Origin: Acanthaster planci | Lineage: Eukaryota | NCBI RefSeq assembly: GCF_001949145.1 | Contig: NW_019091361.1 | Span: forward strand, 2,362,919 to 2,402,786 | Direction of reading: 5' to 3' | DNA: 39,868 nt | Shown here: piece after piece, positions 1-13,300 of the stretch | Layout: every line of letters starts with the position of its first letter | How positions within the stretch are numbered: the stretch's first letter is position 1 | Position numbers and translations under genes: made by a program | Notes under the pieces: generated by a model | The model's database searches: none | What the model was told of the DNA's origin: nothing | The model's input: only the letters and a program-made list of their open reading frames with translations

Positions 1-2917
1 CGAATCGAGTGGAGTGTGGAATGTAGTACAGCCGGCCTACCCCCGATCAAGGAACGTGGAGGAAAAGACGGACCGCCGCAGTCTGTGCCGTAACCTTCTC
101 GAGTGCGAGGAATGTCAGGGGTGTTCTTGAACCCAGACAGTACCGGGGAAGTTTTTGCACGATCTCTGCACAGATTACCTCAGCGAGGAAGAACTCTGCG
201 GTTGCGCAGGGCCTCACGTGGTACATTATCAGCCAATGGTGAAGGCCGGTCTCTGAGGACCTTTTCTGGCACTCGGTGAATGAAGGCATTCGTAGTATGA
301 CGTATGGCTTGATAGTCTCAGACTGTGTTGGCACTACGGATATACAGGCCGCCATATAAGGGATTCCCTTAGCTTGCGGATACAGCTCGCGCACACTTCC
401 AATATTTGCTTGTTTGAAGTTGTTGTGTGTAGAATGATAATTGGTTTAATCCGAAGCCCGCTCTGCAGTTGATTTTTTGTACACATTGAACACTCGGTGG
501 CTATGGCTTATTGGAATGAAATTAAGTTGAAACCGAAGATGTAATTAAACCTCGATCAAAGAAAATAAGACGTTTTTCAGTTTTCATAGCTTGCAGGCAA
601 TCGAATTTTTACAGCTTGAAAAATGATTGATTGTTACACGTGTATACCTTAGCTAGGCCAAATTAAGCAACATTGAGAGAAATATTGGGCCCAAATGTCA
701 TATGGATTACTAATTATAAGTCAACGAAGACACTGTTTACTCTTACCTTTTGAAAAGTGACACACTCGGGTTGCCTGTAATTATGTGTCCTCCTGAAAGA
801 CATACCCTTTCGGCAGCAAATGCTGGAGTTAGAAATTTAAACGGAAACAGTGTTTTATACTAAAAACGTGAGTCTCGTATAACAGTGGCACATTATTCAA
901 TTTTATCTCAAAATAGAGATTAAAAGAAAGCAGTTTTGAAACCAGCAAGATTTTACTATGTACTTGATGTCAGGGGATTATCCATTGCCTAAGGGGGTGG
1001 AGTTAGGGGATGTAATAACCTACATGCAGTTTCAAGTGTCAGTGCTTCGAAGTTCCAGATATGGATATCTGTCTTTGCCCTTTGGACAGAGCCACTTAAC
1101 CTTATTATTCTATCAAACTGGAAAATAATTATTGAGGGCTGATTTCGTCATTGTCCTCATTTTGGCCTTTTATAGTAGCAAAATGACAGCGACAACGGCC
1201 ACAATGTATGACAGCACAACGTTGCTTGCCCATACTTAAAGGGCCACGCATTTCAATTTTAATGCAGTCGTTTTGAGTGCACAGTCGTCTCCGCTTTTTC
1301 AATTATCGTTTGCCATTTTATAAGGATAGTTTGATGCCTTTAAATTTAATTTTTTTTATTCTTCCATGCATATTTGCATATTCATGATCAAAAGTGTGAT
1401 GACATTTCGTCAGGAAGCATCAGGGCTAGTCGTACTAACTGTCAGCACCCCCAGATTAGTGGCCGGAATTTGGGATATTTTGCTTCCTTAATGTTTTGTG
1501 CCTTTGGTGATCTACTGTTGCTTCAGTGCATAACGATAGGGGAGAGGTAGTCAGTGAGCCAATTTATAGATACCGAATTTAAACAGGATAACTCTAAAAT
1601 AGACGGCGGTTTCCTTCAAAGACGCTCGGCAGCAACAGCGCCCGTAATTGTTTCTCATGGAATCAAAAGCGGTAATTGTTTTTTCAATCATAATGTAACC
1701 ACAAAGAGATTCCAAACGGTGTTCATACGTTTAAAAGGGATCTCGAAAGTTGCATAAAATGTAATACTAAAGTTTTTAAAATTAAGTTCAAGATTTACCA
1801 TTAATGGAATTTTGAAAATGAAAACCCCTCCTGTTAAAATCTAAAAAGGTGTCGTAAACTCGGGCCCTTTAACCTGAACTGACTTGTGCCAAGATGGCCC
1901 TGAATCGATGAACAGACACGTTGACTCGTAATTCTTAAAGAATCCTCATTCATCTCGTGCCAACGGAAACAACCATGGGCCGCTTGGCATGGCCTGCTAA
2001 AAAAAAAAAATAAAGGCAGCAATGTGCAAATCGATCATCTGGGTTTAAACTCAAGGTCAGTCCTCGGAATTTAAACGACAGTTAAAACATATTGCATCTT
2101 GCGCAGTTTCTCAGTATTCAGCGGGCAATAAATACTAAACGACGCGTCAGTGGGTAGTTGGAGATTGAAGCTGAGTTCGTGCTTTTCCACCTCAATTTCA
2201 CTGGGACCTCCACATTGATACAGGTATAGAACTCTTCGGAGTGTTTTCACGCGTTGTATTTCAAACGGGCTGCCTTTGCCGACAAGCCAAACAAATTGTT
2301 TATCATTCCACCTCCCTATCCCTCACAAGACTGTGCAAGTTCAGACAAAAATCATCAGTGGTAGTAAAACTGTGATAAAAACTGTCGTTTCCCCTTTAGT
2401 TTGGAACCTCCGTGCCCTGAGGTGATGTGCCGCTGTTTCTTTAACCCCAGCTCACGAGCAGTTTGTCAGTGGTGTCTACATGCATTTCCTTGCGTCGCAT
2501 TACCACTTGTCTAAGCTGTCACAGACGAATCCAGCGACGTTTCACAGGACATTCCCCGACCGCTTTTCGCCAATGGCAGGGGCCAGGGCTAGGGCTCCAT
2601 TGTTTTTCTGTTTCCCCTCCTAAGTTCCTCTCTTTTCAGAAATGGGTTTAAAGGCACCAGCATTTAGCTTCAACCCTTAGACGGGCCATCAAAGGTTACC
2701 AAAACATTGCCACAATTTTTGCCCACCACTAAGATGGTTGTGGATCCACCTTTGGGCGGGTCCACTGCAGAGTAAGCGTTTCCATGGTCACCAGATTCGT
2801 CTATGCATGGTTGATTCCTACCGTTAATACATACTTATGTTTATACTACCAATAGTGTGCACTTATGAATATAATGCTATGTTTCGCTGACTTCATCGTC
2901 AAATGAGACCACTGAGA

Positions 2918-3138
2918 CAGTGGCGTAGCCACCGGGAGGGGGGTCTGTGGTCACGTGCCCCCCCCCCCAATTCCAGGTGCCACTCCACTAAAAAAAACGG
3001 ATTTAATGGATATTGAACAAGACCGACGAAAATTTGCCCCCCAAAAAACAACACCATTGAAAGCTGGTGCCCCCCATAAGATATGCTGGTGCCCTCTTGC
3101 GCCCCCTCCCCACCAGTAAACTCCTAGCTACGCCACTG
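2918..3138. mobile_element. hAT-type MITE (221 bp)
   Basis: Perfect 12-bp TIRs CAGTGGCGTAGC / GCTACGCCACTG; perfect 8-bp TSD CACTGAGA at 2910-2917 and 3139-3146; internal G/C runs. Confidence 0.9.
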
Positions 3139-6100
3139 CACTGAGAATTTGTCCAACACCAATTTTGGCCAAGGCAAGTTTCTAACTCCACATTTGTCAA
3201 CAAAGTTCAGGCTGCATTAAGTTAAGGAGGACTGCAACATTTGCAAACTAATCTCATGTAGATTAATGCCATCCCAGTGAACATACCAAATACTTGATAC
3301 ATAGCTTGGTTTTCTTCTGGAGTAGATCTTGTAACCTGAAACATTCTCATTCCCTTAAGGTCGTATCAGCGGATTGAATTTGCCGACCAGACGGGCAGCA
3401 TTATCACAACCCACTTTTATCTCGGGAATGAATTCTTTGCATAATAGAGCAACTTTGAGTTCTTTTCGTTTAGTTTAGCATGTTTTCACGAAAAACAATG
3501 GTCTAGACCATTATATGACTTGCCAGTAACTAAATCCTATGTTGCTAACCCTTATTAATAACCGAGGAGAGAACCTTTCATTATATTCTGATATTTTGCC
3601 GTAATCGCACGATTGACCCAAGATGGAAAACTAAAATTTGGCCAATTTAGAGCAGAACCAAAATTCTTAACATTTCTTGGTAAACAGTAAAGAATGAGAA
3701 AATATTTGTCATCAGTCATCAACGCCCATGACATAATTATGCTGATAATTATACTCAACCGGTCTGCCATGTACATTCTGCTTTACCAGCTGAAGTCAAG
3801 CTTACCGTGCTTGACCGCATGGATGCTCCGAGCACAAAGCCGACAAACGTGCTGCATGAGTTCGAGTTTTGAGTGTAATTAACAAGGCTCACTCTCAACA
3901 TGTTTGCGTGTATAGCGCTCTCAGCATCTCCTGTGACTCCAAACTTGTCAAGGTGAAATTCACGTTTGGTCTTAAGTGATCACACTGGAAAGTGGCAAGC
4001 TCCATCCTGATTGCTTGTGTTTACCACGGCACATCTCTGGATCGCGCAAAAACAAGCCTTTGACTTCAAGAGTTCATCCAGAACCTAGATTTCAGGGGCT
4101 AATTTTTTTCGGGGTGGGGGCTAATTTGGAACCTGTCGCTTAACCTTAAAAGGGCTTTCAGAGGGGAAAGCCACATTCTGCATTCTTGGACACACTTTTT
4201 ACACACTTTCTGAATGAAGGGAAAATGAAATAAACCAATTTTTGTTTTACATGTATTTATACCCTTGGACACGCAGAAACAAATAATTCAATGGCATGTG
4301 GTCAACGATCCACCAATCAGATAGCGGGAATTTATGCAATCGGGTATTACATAAAAGCTTTAACACACGGACAGAAGAAGTAATCGTTATCTAATGGCAC
4401 CTATATATTCATAAAAAATTAAGACAACCACACAACCGACAAAACGGTTATGTTAGCCGAGTACCCCACAGGGAAGTTCATAAATCACGCGACCGCTGAT
4501 TTCATCGGCTGCCACCGAGCTGATGAGTTTGTATCCGTAATTGGCCTATCACAATCATGAACGACGCCCTAGCTGGTTCCCCACAGGGGAGTCTGAGCCT
4601 GACGAGCTCGTGATGTGTGATGGAAAAAGAGTTCATAAGAATCTGACTGGCTGCTGGTACTCATTCCACTTTAAAACACACTGTTTTAGAATGAATGCCG
4701 TCCGCTGCCAAATATAACCGGATCGAGGATTCTATTCATAGACGTGACAAAGATCTTTAAGATTCCAAAAAGGAGGCCACTGCATGCACAGTATAAATAG
4801 ACAGCAAAAGACAGGCATCCAATTAATGAACAAAAATTTCCAAATGAGATTGGCATGACTTATGCTGTGACATAAAGGTTGGGTCATCTTCTATTGCGCG
4901 TTTTCCCCTTGAACAAATCATTCGTTATCACCCGTTTTTCAATCAAGACTCGAAAAAAGTGGTTCCATTTTGGATTTCTGACAGAGCACCCTTTTCACGC
5001 ACACATCGGCCACATTGTAATATTATTGTCTCTTCTCATCACACATTCAAGTTTTACTTTTCAATCGTCTATTAGATAGACAATCAGCTTTGTGTTTGTT
5101 AAAAAATCTGTGCTTTTCATTACGTGTTTGCCTCTTGTAAAGGGCATCAACGTACTGATTCCAACAAAATATTTGAAGAAGCCCGGGAATCGGTCACGTG
5201 CTCCACACACGACTCCTGCTTCAAAATATTTGTAAAATTAGAGTGGCAATATTCATGGCATATTCAACATTCACATTCACAGCAGCTGCAGCCAGACGGA
5301 AATTAAAGCCAAACGTCACCAGGGGAAAAGAGGCTGTCTTGGAACTGTAATGGAATGGAGCAGGGAGTGCGAAGTAGCGACAGCTGACTCCAGCGAATGT
5401 GACCCGTCTGTAAAGCGATCCGTGTGGCTGGGTAGGTCGACTAGTTCCGCCCAGCACGGATCATTTTGAAGTTTGCATGGCGGGGGAAATTAGGTGTCTT
5501 GCTGATTATTTTCCAGAAATCGATAATTTTCTTTTTACTGTTTCGGCGAAAAGTGAGTGGCTTTAATACTTACAATGACAGTGACTAGTTGACAAGCAAA
5601 GCTTACAGGGAAGGCCCTGAGGATGGACGGGAAATGTGTGACATTTACCGGTAAGTACCGGTACGCTAGTGCCTGCGAATCGCGACTTTATCCTGAAGAA
5701 TATTACTCCAGTTAAGGCCATCATGCCACGTCTAGTTGTGTCCATCCCGTGAAAAGATAAACTTTCTTCCATTTTTGGATTTTATTTAAATCGAGATTTA
5801 CCATTCTCCTGTGGTGTATAGTACAGTACCCTATGAGAAAATCTCGGAAAAGATGCTTCTCGTGGGAGAATGAGGCAATGGAAATGGTAAAACATGTCTG
5901 CAGATAAACCTCGAGAAAATCTCCCCATGCTACTAGTGCGGCGTTCCGGGGAACATTTTATGCAGGGGTCAGTTCGGACCATCGCTAGCGCATGAACGTG
6001 ACAATTTTGACATACCACAAGATGCCCTCGAATGACTCGCCTGCGAGATGCGCATGTTTGGAGCGAGGGTGCGTGGGCCGATTTCGTTGGAATCTTGGTT

Positions 6101-9100
6101 GCCTTAAGTCAATGCCGTCGAGGCGCCATTATCAAAGTCCACGCGCACTGCGCGTATGGCGCTTGACAAGACTACCGGGTGCTGGGCGGTCGCTATGATT
6201 CGAGATTTATCGAATTGTTCGGTAGCCTTTCCTCGAGCACACTACGTGTGATGCACAGACTAAAACTTCAACGATAGCAACGATCGCCTTGAGTGAAAGC
6301 AAGAATGCTGAGACGACCAAGAATGAACGTAAAGGGTGACTGAACTAATTCAAGCTCCACTGAAAACAGTGTAAAATCAACAAAGTTTGGAGTCCCATGG
6401 CAGGCAACTGAAGTCCCTGAGGCCTCTCAAACAAAAAACAACGTGTTGTTTGGTACTTCAGATTTCATTTAATTTTCAAATGTTAGTAGGTTAACCAATG
6501 AATTTTTTAATTATCCGCCCAAAACAAACTCCCCCCCCCACAAAGTGAATGTTCCCAAGTCTTCTCAGCAGCCATTTTTCGTAAACATCCCTCACCTTTC
6601 TCAGGCTCTTCTGACAAATATTCAGTTACATTTTTGTCTGCTTTTCCCCAGAGATGATCCTAGGCCATACTTACACACTCCCACAATTTCTTGGCCCACA
6701 CAGACCCCTCTAGCTCTTTTCGAAATAATTTGCAGGGGTACTTTTTAATTAAGCTCCTCGGCCTGGCCGGGAATTTTCCTTCAATTGGGACACTGCACCC
6801 TGAACAGCACCGTCACGTTGCGTACAAGATTAGTCCAGAGAATCACTTCTTAAAGCCATCCAGCCGACTCGCAGCAAATATATCGAAGGACGAATACATG
6901 TAAGTCCATAACTGACGGATCACTTGCCTGATAGTCGAAATCAAGGAGGTACCGAAATGGTATAATCCGCAAATAGGTAAAAAAAAAGAGTAAAATGCGA
7001 CAATATGAAAGATCCCGAAGAGAATGACAAGATGATGGAATATCAAAATACTGAATCCACTGCATCAATTAATGCGGTTTCAAAAACTTGCGAACACAAT
7101 AAGCCTTTGAATGAAGCTCTTCAAGTTTTTATTTTCATTAAATACGTGGCTGCAATCATATCAATATCGCATGCAATAATAGAAACTCTTGTGATTAATA
7201 CTGTACTGCAAAAAAAAAATCAAGGTAGTGTCAAAGGAACAGAGATGAAACAAAAATACTTCTTTCTCTGAACGTGAAAACAATTCATTATTTGAAATTC
7301 ACTTTGATGTCTGTTGTATAGGACATGTCTGCAGAGACTAAATTTGAAATTAAATCTGGGATGGCGAAATGTCAACCCCCTGGATGGCTGAAAAATGTGC
7401 TTCGGCCACAGAGGCAATGTAGGCTTCTCGACAGCACAGATCCATGAACTGTTGAGCCAGGATGTGTATATTTTTTAATAATTTCCCCTAATTGATCCAC
7501 TAGGCTATAGGTAGTTCGATTTCCTATTTGATTTGTATCTGATCGACAATTAGTGAAACCTTCTTCACCAACTAAAAAAAGTAAAATTAACGTCATGAAT
7601 TTAACCTAAATGCAAGGAATATCGTCATTATTTCGCAGAACATGCAGAACTGAAAAAAAATAAGGTTAACTGCTATCTGCATAGAGGCAGAGCACACATG
7701 CTATAAAACCTGAAGTTACAAGTATAATACAATGTAATATGTACACACAAAGTTGGAATTAGTTTTTACTATACAGAAGTTTTGGCAACATCACTTACAA
7801 AATATACATCTTTAGTTCCCAATAAAAAAATCTACTTCAAGAGGAAGTCATTTCAACGATCTCATTTTGCGTAAAACCTAGGAATCAACAATATAAATTG
7901 AGGATTTTGTTTTAAGTCTGTTATAAGAAAATATACTGACACCTCACCACAGTAAAACTTCCTTTCAATTGAAATTTCTGCAAGTTTGAATTAATCCCCA
8001 AATACTGCAAGCGTAGGCCTAGGAACGACGGTGGAGTAGAAACAAATCCTTCAAAAACCAGCGAGTGACTGTCCATTTTTAGACATCCATCACAGGCTTA
8101 TTTTGTGTGCACGCCACATGTAAGTTTACTAATTGAGAGTAACTTGGAACAAAGAATAAAAAACAAAATATCTGTACTGACTGCTTTCAAAAGTACAGAA
8201 TACACATATTACATCACTGGCAACTGCAGAGGCACTTTTTGAGTGCTAAGGACGGATTTATCAACAGTTAAAAGAACAATTCAAAATACGACGAATGGAC
8301 GGAAGCTTTAAGATTAAAATTGAGTTACGGTTATTTCAAGTCAACTGTAGACGATCTTCCACATAAATGTCAAGGGTGGCAAAATGCTGAGGAAGATAAA
8401 AAATAACTGATTTAAAGATCTGGAGAAATTTTAAAATCACGCCTGTCCCTGATAAAATGGTAAACTGTGTAATAGCCGCCACTTTGACAGAAAGACTGGT
8501 CCTGAATACAAATTGTCCACTAAATCTGGCAGATGCTCACACATTTAAGTACATGTGTTAATACATGTGTTCATCCTCACACAGCAGAACGTTGGGGCCT
8601 CAATTTAGGAAAGCCTGCAGTTGAACATAACTGACATTTCATATCAAACACCCTCAGGAGATAAACACTTGTGATTTATCCAAAACCAAAAGAAAAAGAT
8701 TTGGAATGAGAAAGTGGAAAGTATACCAATCATTGACATTTTCAACAAAAAACAGGAATAAAATGTAAAAAGAGGACTTTTTATGTGACAAGTAAGCCAA
8801 AGCCTGCGCATTTGTTAATGGCATTGCATTGTAAAATCAAATACATTAACAAGGAGAAAGGTGTGAAACATAAGTGAACATCTTAAAACCAGTAACACAA
8901 AAACCCAGAAAATACATGGTGGTCGTGACTCAGAATAAATTCACACTGTGCATTTCCCAACATCAAACAGTTGGAGTCCAACTGCAGACTGCAACCCAAA
9001 AACTCAGTACAGCATCAAGGGAGGGTCATTAACAGTGTATGACTGCATCTTAGATATCTTCTGCAGTCACAATGTTTAGCTTTGGTAGGATGAACATTAC

Positions 9101-10287
9101 GGGAGGCTTGATACGGAAATGTATGTACATGTACATGTATTGCATTATTCTACGTGAAAGTAATCAGCTCGAGCAACTCGCTTAGATTCATTTCACCATT
9201 TACACAATTAAACAGCACACAGTTACCAATCGGGTAGTGGTTACAGAAAATAACCCATCAAATGCGGCCCCCCCCCCACCGACAAAATGTTCACTTTGAA
9301 TGTCTTGAGTATTGACAAGAAATAGGTAAATTCATTACCATGTCAAAAATATGTACCATTAAATATAAATAATTCCCAAAATTATTGCTAACCAAAACAC
9401 ATATGGTCCACCTCTGAGCAAGTTGTGTACCTGATGTTACAGTACATGTACATTGCTGGACAGATGTACTGTTACAAGAACAGCTGAGAAATACAAATGC
9501 ATGTAAACCATAAGTAAGTCTGTATACAATGTACATGAATGTCATGCAAGCACTCAATAAGTATTTTTAAAAAAAAATTGTTACAGGCAGAAAATCTGGC
9601 AGCTATTAGGTATGTTCTAGTGCCCTGTACTCCAGTGGCTATGTGCAGCAACGCTTTCCTCAAAGTGACACCTGTGCATTGGTGAGCGCTCAGTTTCAGT
9701 GGGCAGTTTTTGAACAGATAAACAAAAGGACTAGAATTGGTGATCGTGACATGACATTCATAAAACCTCTCTTGAACTGTGTTCAACCACGCACTTCGTT
9801 GGAATTCACTTTAGTTCTCAAATGTGATTAATTGGGTTTCCACAATGATAACCTAAGGGCACACACATTGCAGTTTGAGCACTGATGTCCCAAGTGCAAA
9901 ACATATTAGGCTTAACAGAAAATAATAATCAGATTTTACAAGTCACGTTAGCCTTAACCATGCTAGGCACGTGCTAAAAGAAAGGAAAATGGAACACTTG
10001 ATGTGCTATGTCTGTATTTAACGATCAAGCTTTCTGTAAGCGAGATAGCACAGAGGTTAAAAGGCACAAGCTGCCCTTGGTAGACGACTAGTCATTTACA
10101 GCACGGACTGTTCCATTCTCGTGGATCAGTGGCGTACCCAACAAGCAACAGACACACCAGACAGCCACATGAAGCCACTCTCGTTATCTGACAATAGAGG
10201 GCGTCCTGTACCGGTGTACCTGGCTGTTTCCAGTCGGTGACGTGCTCAAGATGAATTCAATGATGTCGCTAGTCCTGGTCGAGGTTG

Positions 10288-10329
10288 TCAGCTCAGCACC
10301 ACCGCATGGTTCTCACGCATTTCAAGTTG
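10288..10329 (-). CDS. TTLL6/TTLL13: TTLL terminal coding exon ([13 protein letters not shown])
   Basis: Polypyrimidine tract plus tacag| acceptor; TGA at 10290-10288; AT-rich 3'UTR-like sequence follows. Confidence 0.68.
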   Translation of the reverse strand, partial: QLEMRENHAVVLS

Positions 10330-13300
10330 CTGTATGCAAACGGAGGGAACAGAACAATACGCCTGCATATTACATTTGAGCTAATAGGATAGCTTTATGT
10401 CAAATTTTTGAAGTCAAAGTCTTCACATTTGGGGAAGCCAAGGCCTGAGGGTAGTTCCGCAGTAGCCAAAAGAAGTACTGAAGTGCGATATGTTATTAGA
10501 AATACTTGATATTCTACAGTCATGGATTATCCCTGCTCGTGCTAATTAGAAGAAATAACATCCCCAAGGCCACATGAATAGACATGTTTACCTTTAGTCT
10601 CAGTGTGTTGGATGTACCTCTTAGTCTTTGTGATTTTGTTGACCTGGAATGGATAGAGAACAATAACATTATCATAATCATGAACAAAGCAGCTGCAGTT
10701 AATTTAAACGACTCTCCCAACTGATGACCACTAATGACAGTTACACTTGAAACAAACACACCTACATCAGCATTTAGAAAAGATTTTGAGCTCTTAAATT
10801 TACTTGGACTTAAACATACTTCTCAAATGAAGCTTTTCAATCTGAGACTCCCTTTGTTTATTTTCATACAAAAGTGAGCTCATTAATTTCGGATTTAATC
10901 CACATTAAACACTCTTCTCAAGTAAAACACAAACATTTGAGCCCCATAAAAATCAGAGTTGGTCACCGGAACACAAGAACTCTCTACACAACACAATTTA
11001 TATAGCCTTGAAAATACGCTCTTAGTGACAGAACAATAATGCCAAGGGAGTAAATTATTCACACATGCCTTAAACCTGACAAACAACTGCTCAACAACAG
11101 ATTCACTCCAGTCTATTTATGCTCACACACAATCATACATGACATCTGGTTGTGCAGCAAAACTTTCTATTATTATACAAATCTGTGCAAGCCTGTGACA
11201 ATGAACAAGAACATTTTCTGAACGGCCTGAGAGTGAATACCACATATCACACGGCATGCAAGGAAACTCTTGACGTGGAACAATGGAGGGCATGTAAGAA
11301 CTGTAGGGATGTTGGCATTTTGAATCCAAAATCAAGCCTGCTTATATAGCAATCCAAAAAAATGCATCAGCAGCTTCATTAAAAAACAACCGTTCCAAAA
11401 CCAAACACTCCTATCAATTGCCTGTACACTGTATCTGCTACCAGTTGCTTATTTTGCCCAGGAATTCAGAAGGAATTTCACCCAGACAATGTCATATAGA
11501 ATTTCGGCTAAAGCGTATATGACCTCTGGCTTTCAATGTACAGAATAATGATTAGATTTACATGTATAATTGTTTTGACCAGCAGGTGCGTCTGTACAAA
11601 CAACATAATATTTCTCATATTTTAAGGATTTACAGATGTACTGAAACCCTGAAGCACAAATGCAAATGATGGAAATACCTCCCGTTTAAACTTCAAATAA
11701 GCATGTGAAGGCCACAGACAACAGACGGCAGCCAAAAGCATATGTATGGCATATTGCAATAGTGTCTGGCTATCTCAATGAAGGGATTCTACAGACCATC
11801 AGCTTCACCTTAGAACTTGGCATACTTCATTTTGACATTCCTGAAATATGTTCAGCAACTGAGTAAACAATCACATTACCAGATGCTGCTTCGTTTAAAG
11901 GCGGAATACAGAGAAGCTTCAGAGCTCTGCCAACAATTTGGCAAAGACCACTTGGCCTGTCAAGTATTCTTCAAGGGACATATCTTTGGACCCTGGAAAC
12001 CTTGGCAATGGCACTTTGTCTTTATCAATTTGTGAACAAAAGAATAATGTATAAAATTACAGAAAAAAGTAGCTTGATGTGAAGGCCTTTTGGCTTGGCA
12101 CTCTACATGTATGCGTAAATTATGTTAAATGGAGATGGTCGAATTCAAGGGGGCAAAAATGGAAATGTTAAATCTATCCTCTACCCATTTTAGTGTTTGA
12201 ACAATTATTTATATTCAACAAAGAAATTCATCAGATTTCTTCCAACTGACATTATGCATGATGCGTTGATTTATCAAAATCGCTATTTGCAAATTATGCT
12301 GATTTTTAGAACAACACTTTCAAAACCACCTTCTGGAAAGGCACCCACGAAGCTTCAGCAATAAAATCAAAACCTGCACATTCATGTTTTGCCACATTCA
12401 AAAACTTGACAAGAGCAAAGGATGACAGACTTTTTTTTTTATCTTAGCTGGTCTCTGCCTGGCTGAATGAGCAGCAGCAGCAGCAGCATAATAAAGCCAT
12501 GCAAAGGGGACAAGCCACACACGCACACATTCATGCCGGTCAGACCTACACTTGAGGCTTGGCCGTGCCACGCCCGGCATCGGCACGCACAAGGATGTAT
12601 AGTTGGGCCTGTGAGACAGTTTCAGGGCCACGGTGGGCAGGCCTGGGGCCTTGTGCTTATTGCTGTGGGGTTAAGGGGGTGAGGGGTTACAATTAGAGGG
12701 TGGTTAGTACAAGATGTTAACACAAGGGCATGTATATTTGCAGAGGCACTGAGCTCTGATGGAATTCTTTCTCGCAGTCTGCCCATTATGCACAAATCAG
12801 AAACCACGGATAAATTAATGACAAGTGAGGAGTGGAAGTGATTAAAACTTGGTATTACAGGTGACATGAAGGAAACATATTAATGATATTTACAATCACG
12901 TGAAAGCAATGTTTCTGAGGAAATAAGCAACTGATATAGAGTGTGTGAGCCTTGGGGTTCTTTTCTTCGAGGAATGTGCGCGATAAATGGTCCTCTTTTA
13001 ACAGCAATGAAAACATAACAAACAGGGTCAAAAATAATCTCGGGTCTCTTTTTATGTCACGATACACTATTTTCAAATGAAAATGTGTCTGACAAGGTAT
13101 GGGTTTACCTGACTTGACACAAAAGGATGCTATCTGCCCACTCCATATCTAAAACTTGACAACGAGATAATGTCATATAGTGCAGACAACTGAAAGCACT
13201 AGGTTTGTTTGAGGGGGGAGGAATTGTTAGCAAGTTAATATTTTCTTAAAGATCAGTCAATTGAAGGAAAGACCACTCAATGACATTGCTTATTTAATAC

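Noticed and set aside
47..394. 115-aa minus-strand ORF in GC-richer sequence
   Set aside because: GTG start, no recognisable domain in the frames I read, and no convincing exon chain.
7128..7133. AATAAA on the minus strand as the TTLL poly(A) signal (about 3.1 kb 3'UTR)
   Set aside because: Plausible, but not distinguishable from chance hexamers in AT-rich DNA without transcript data.
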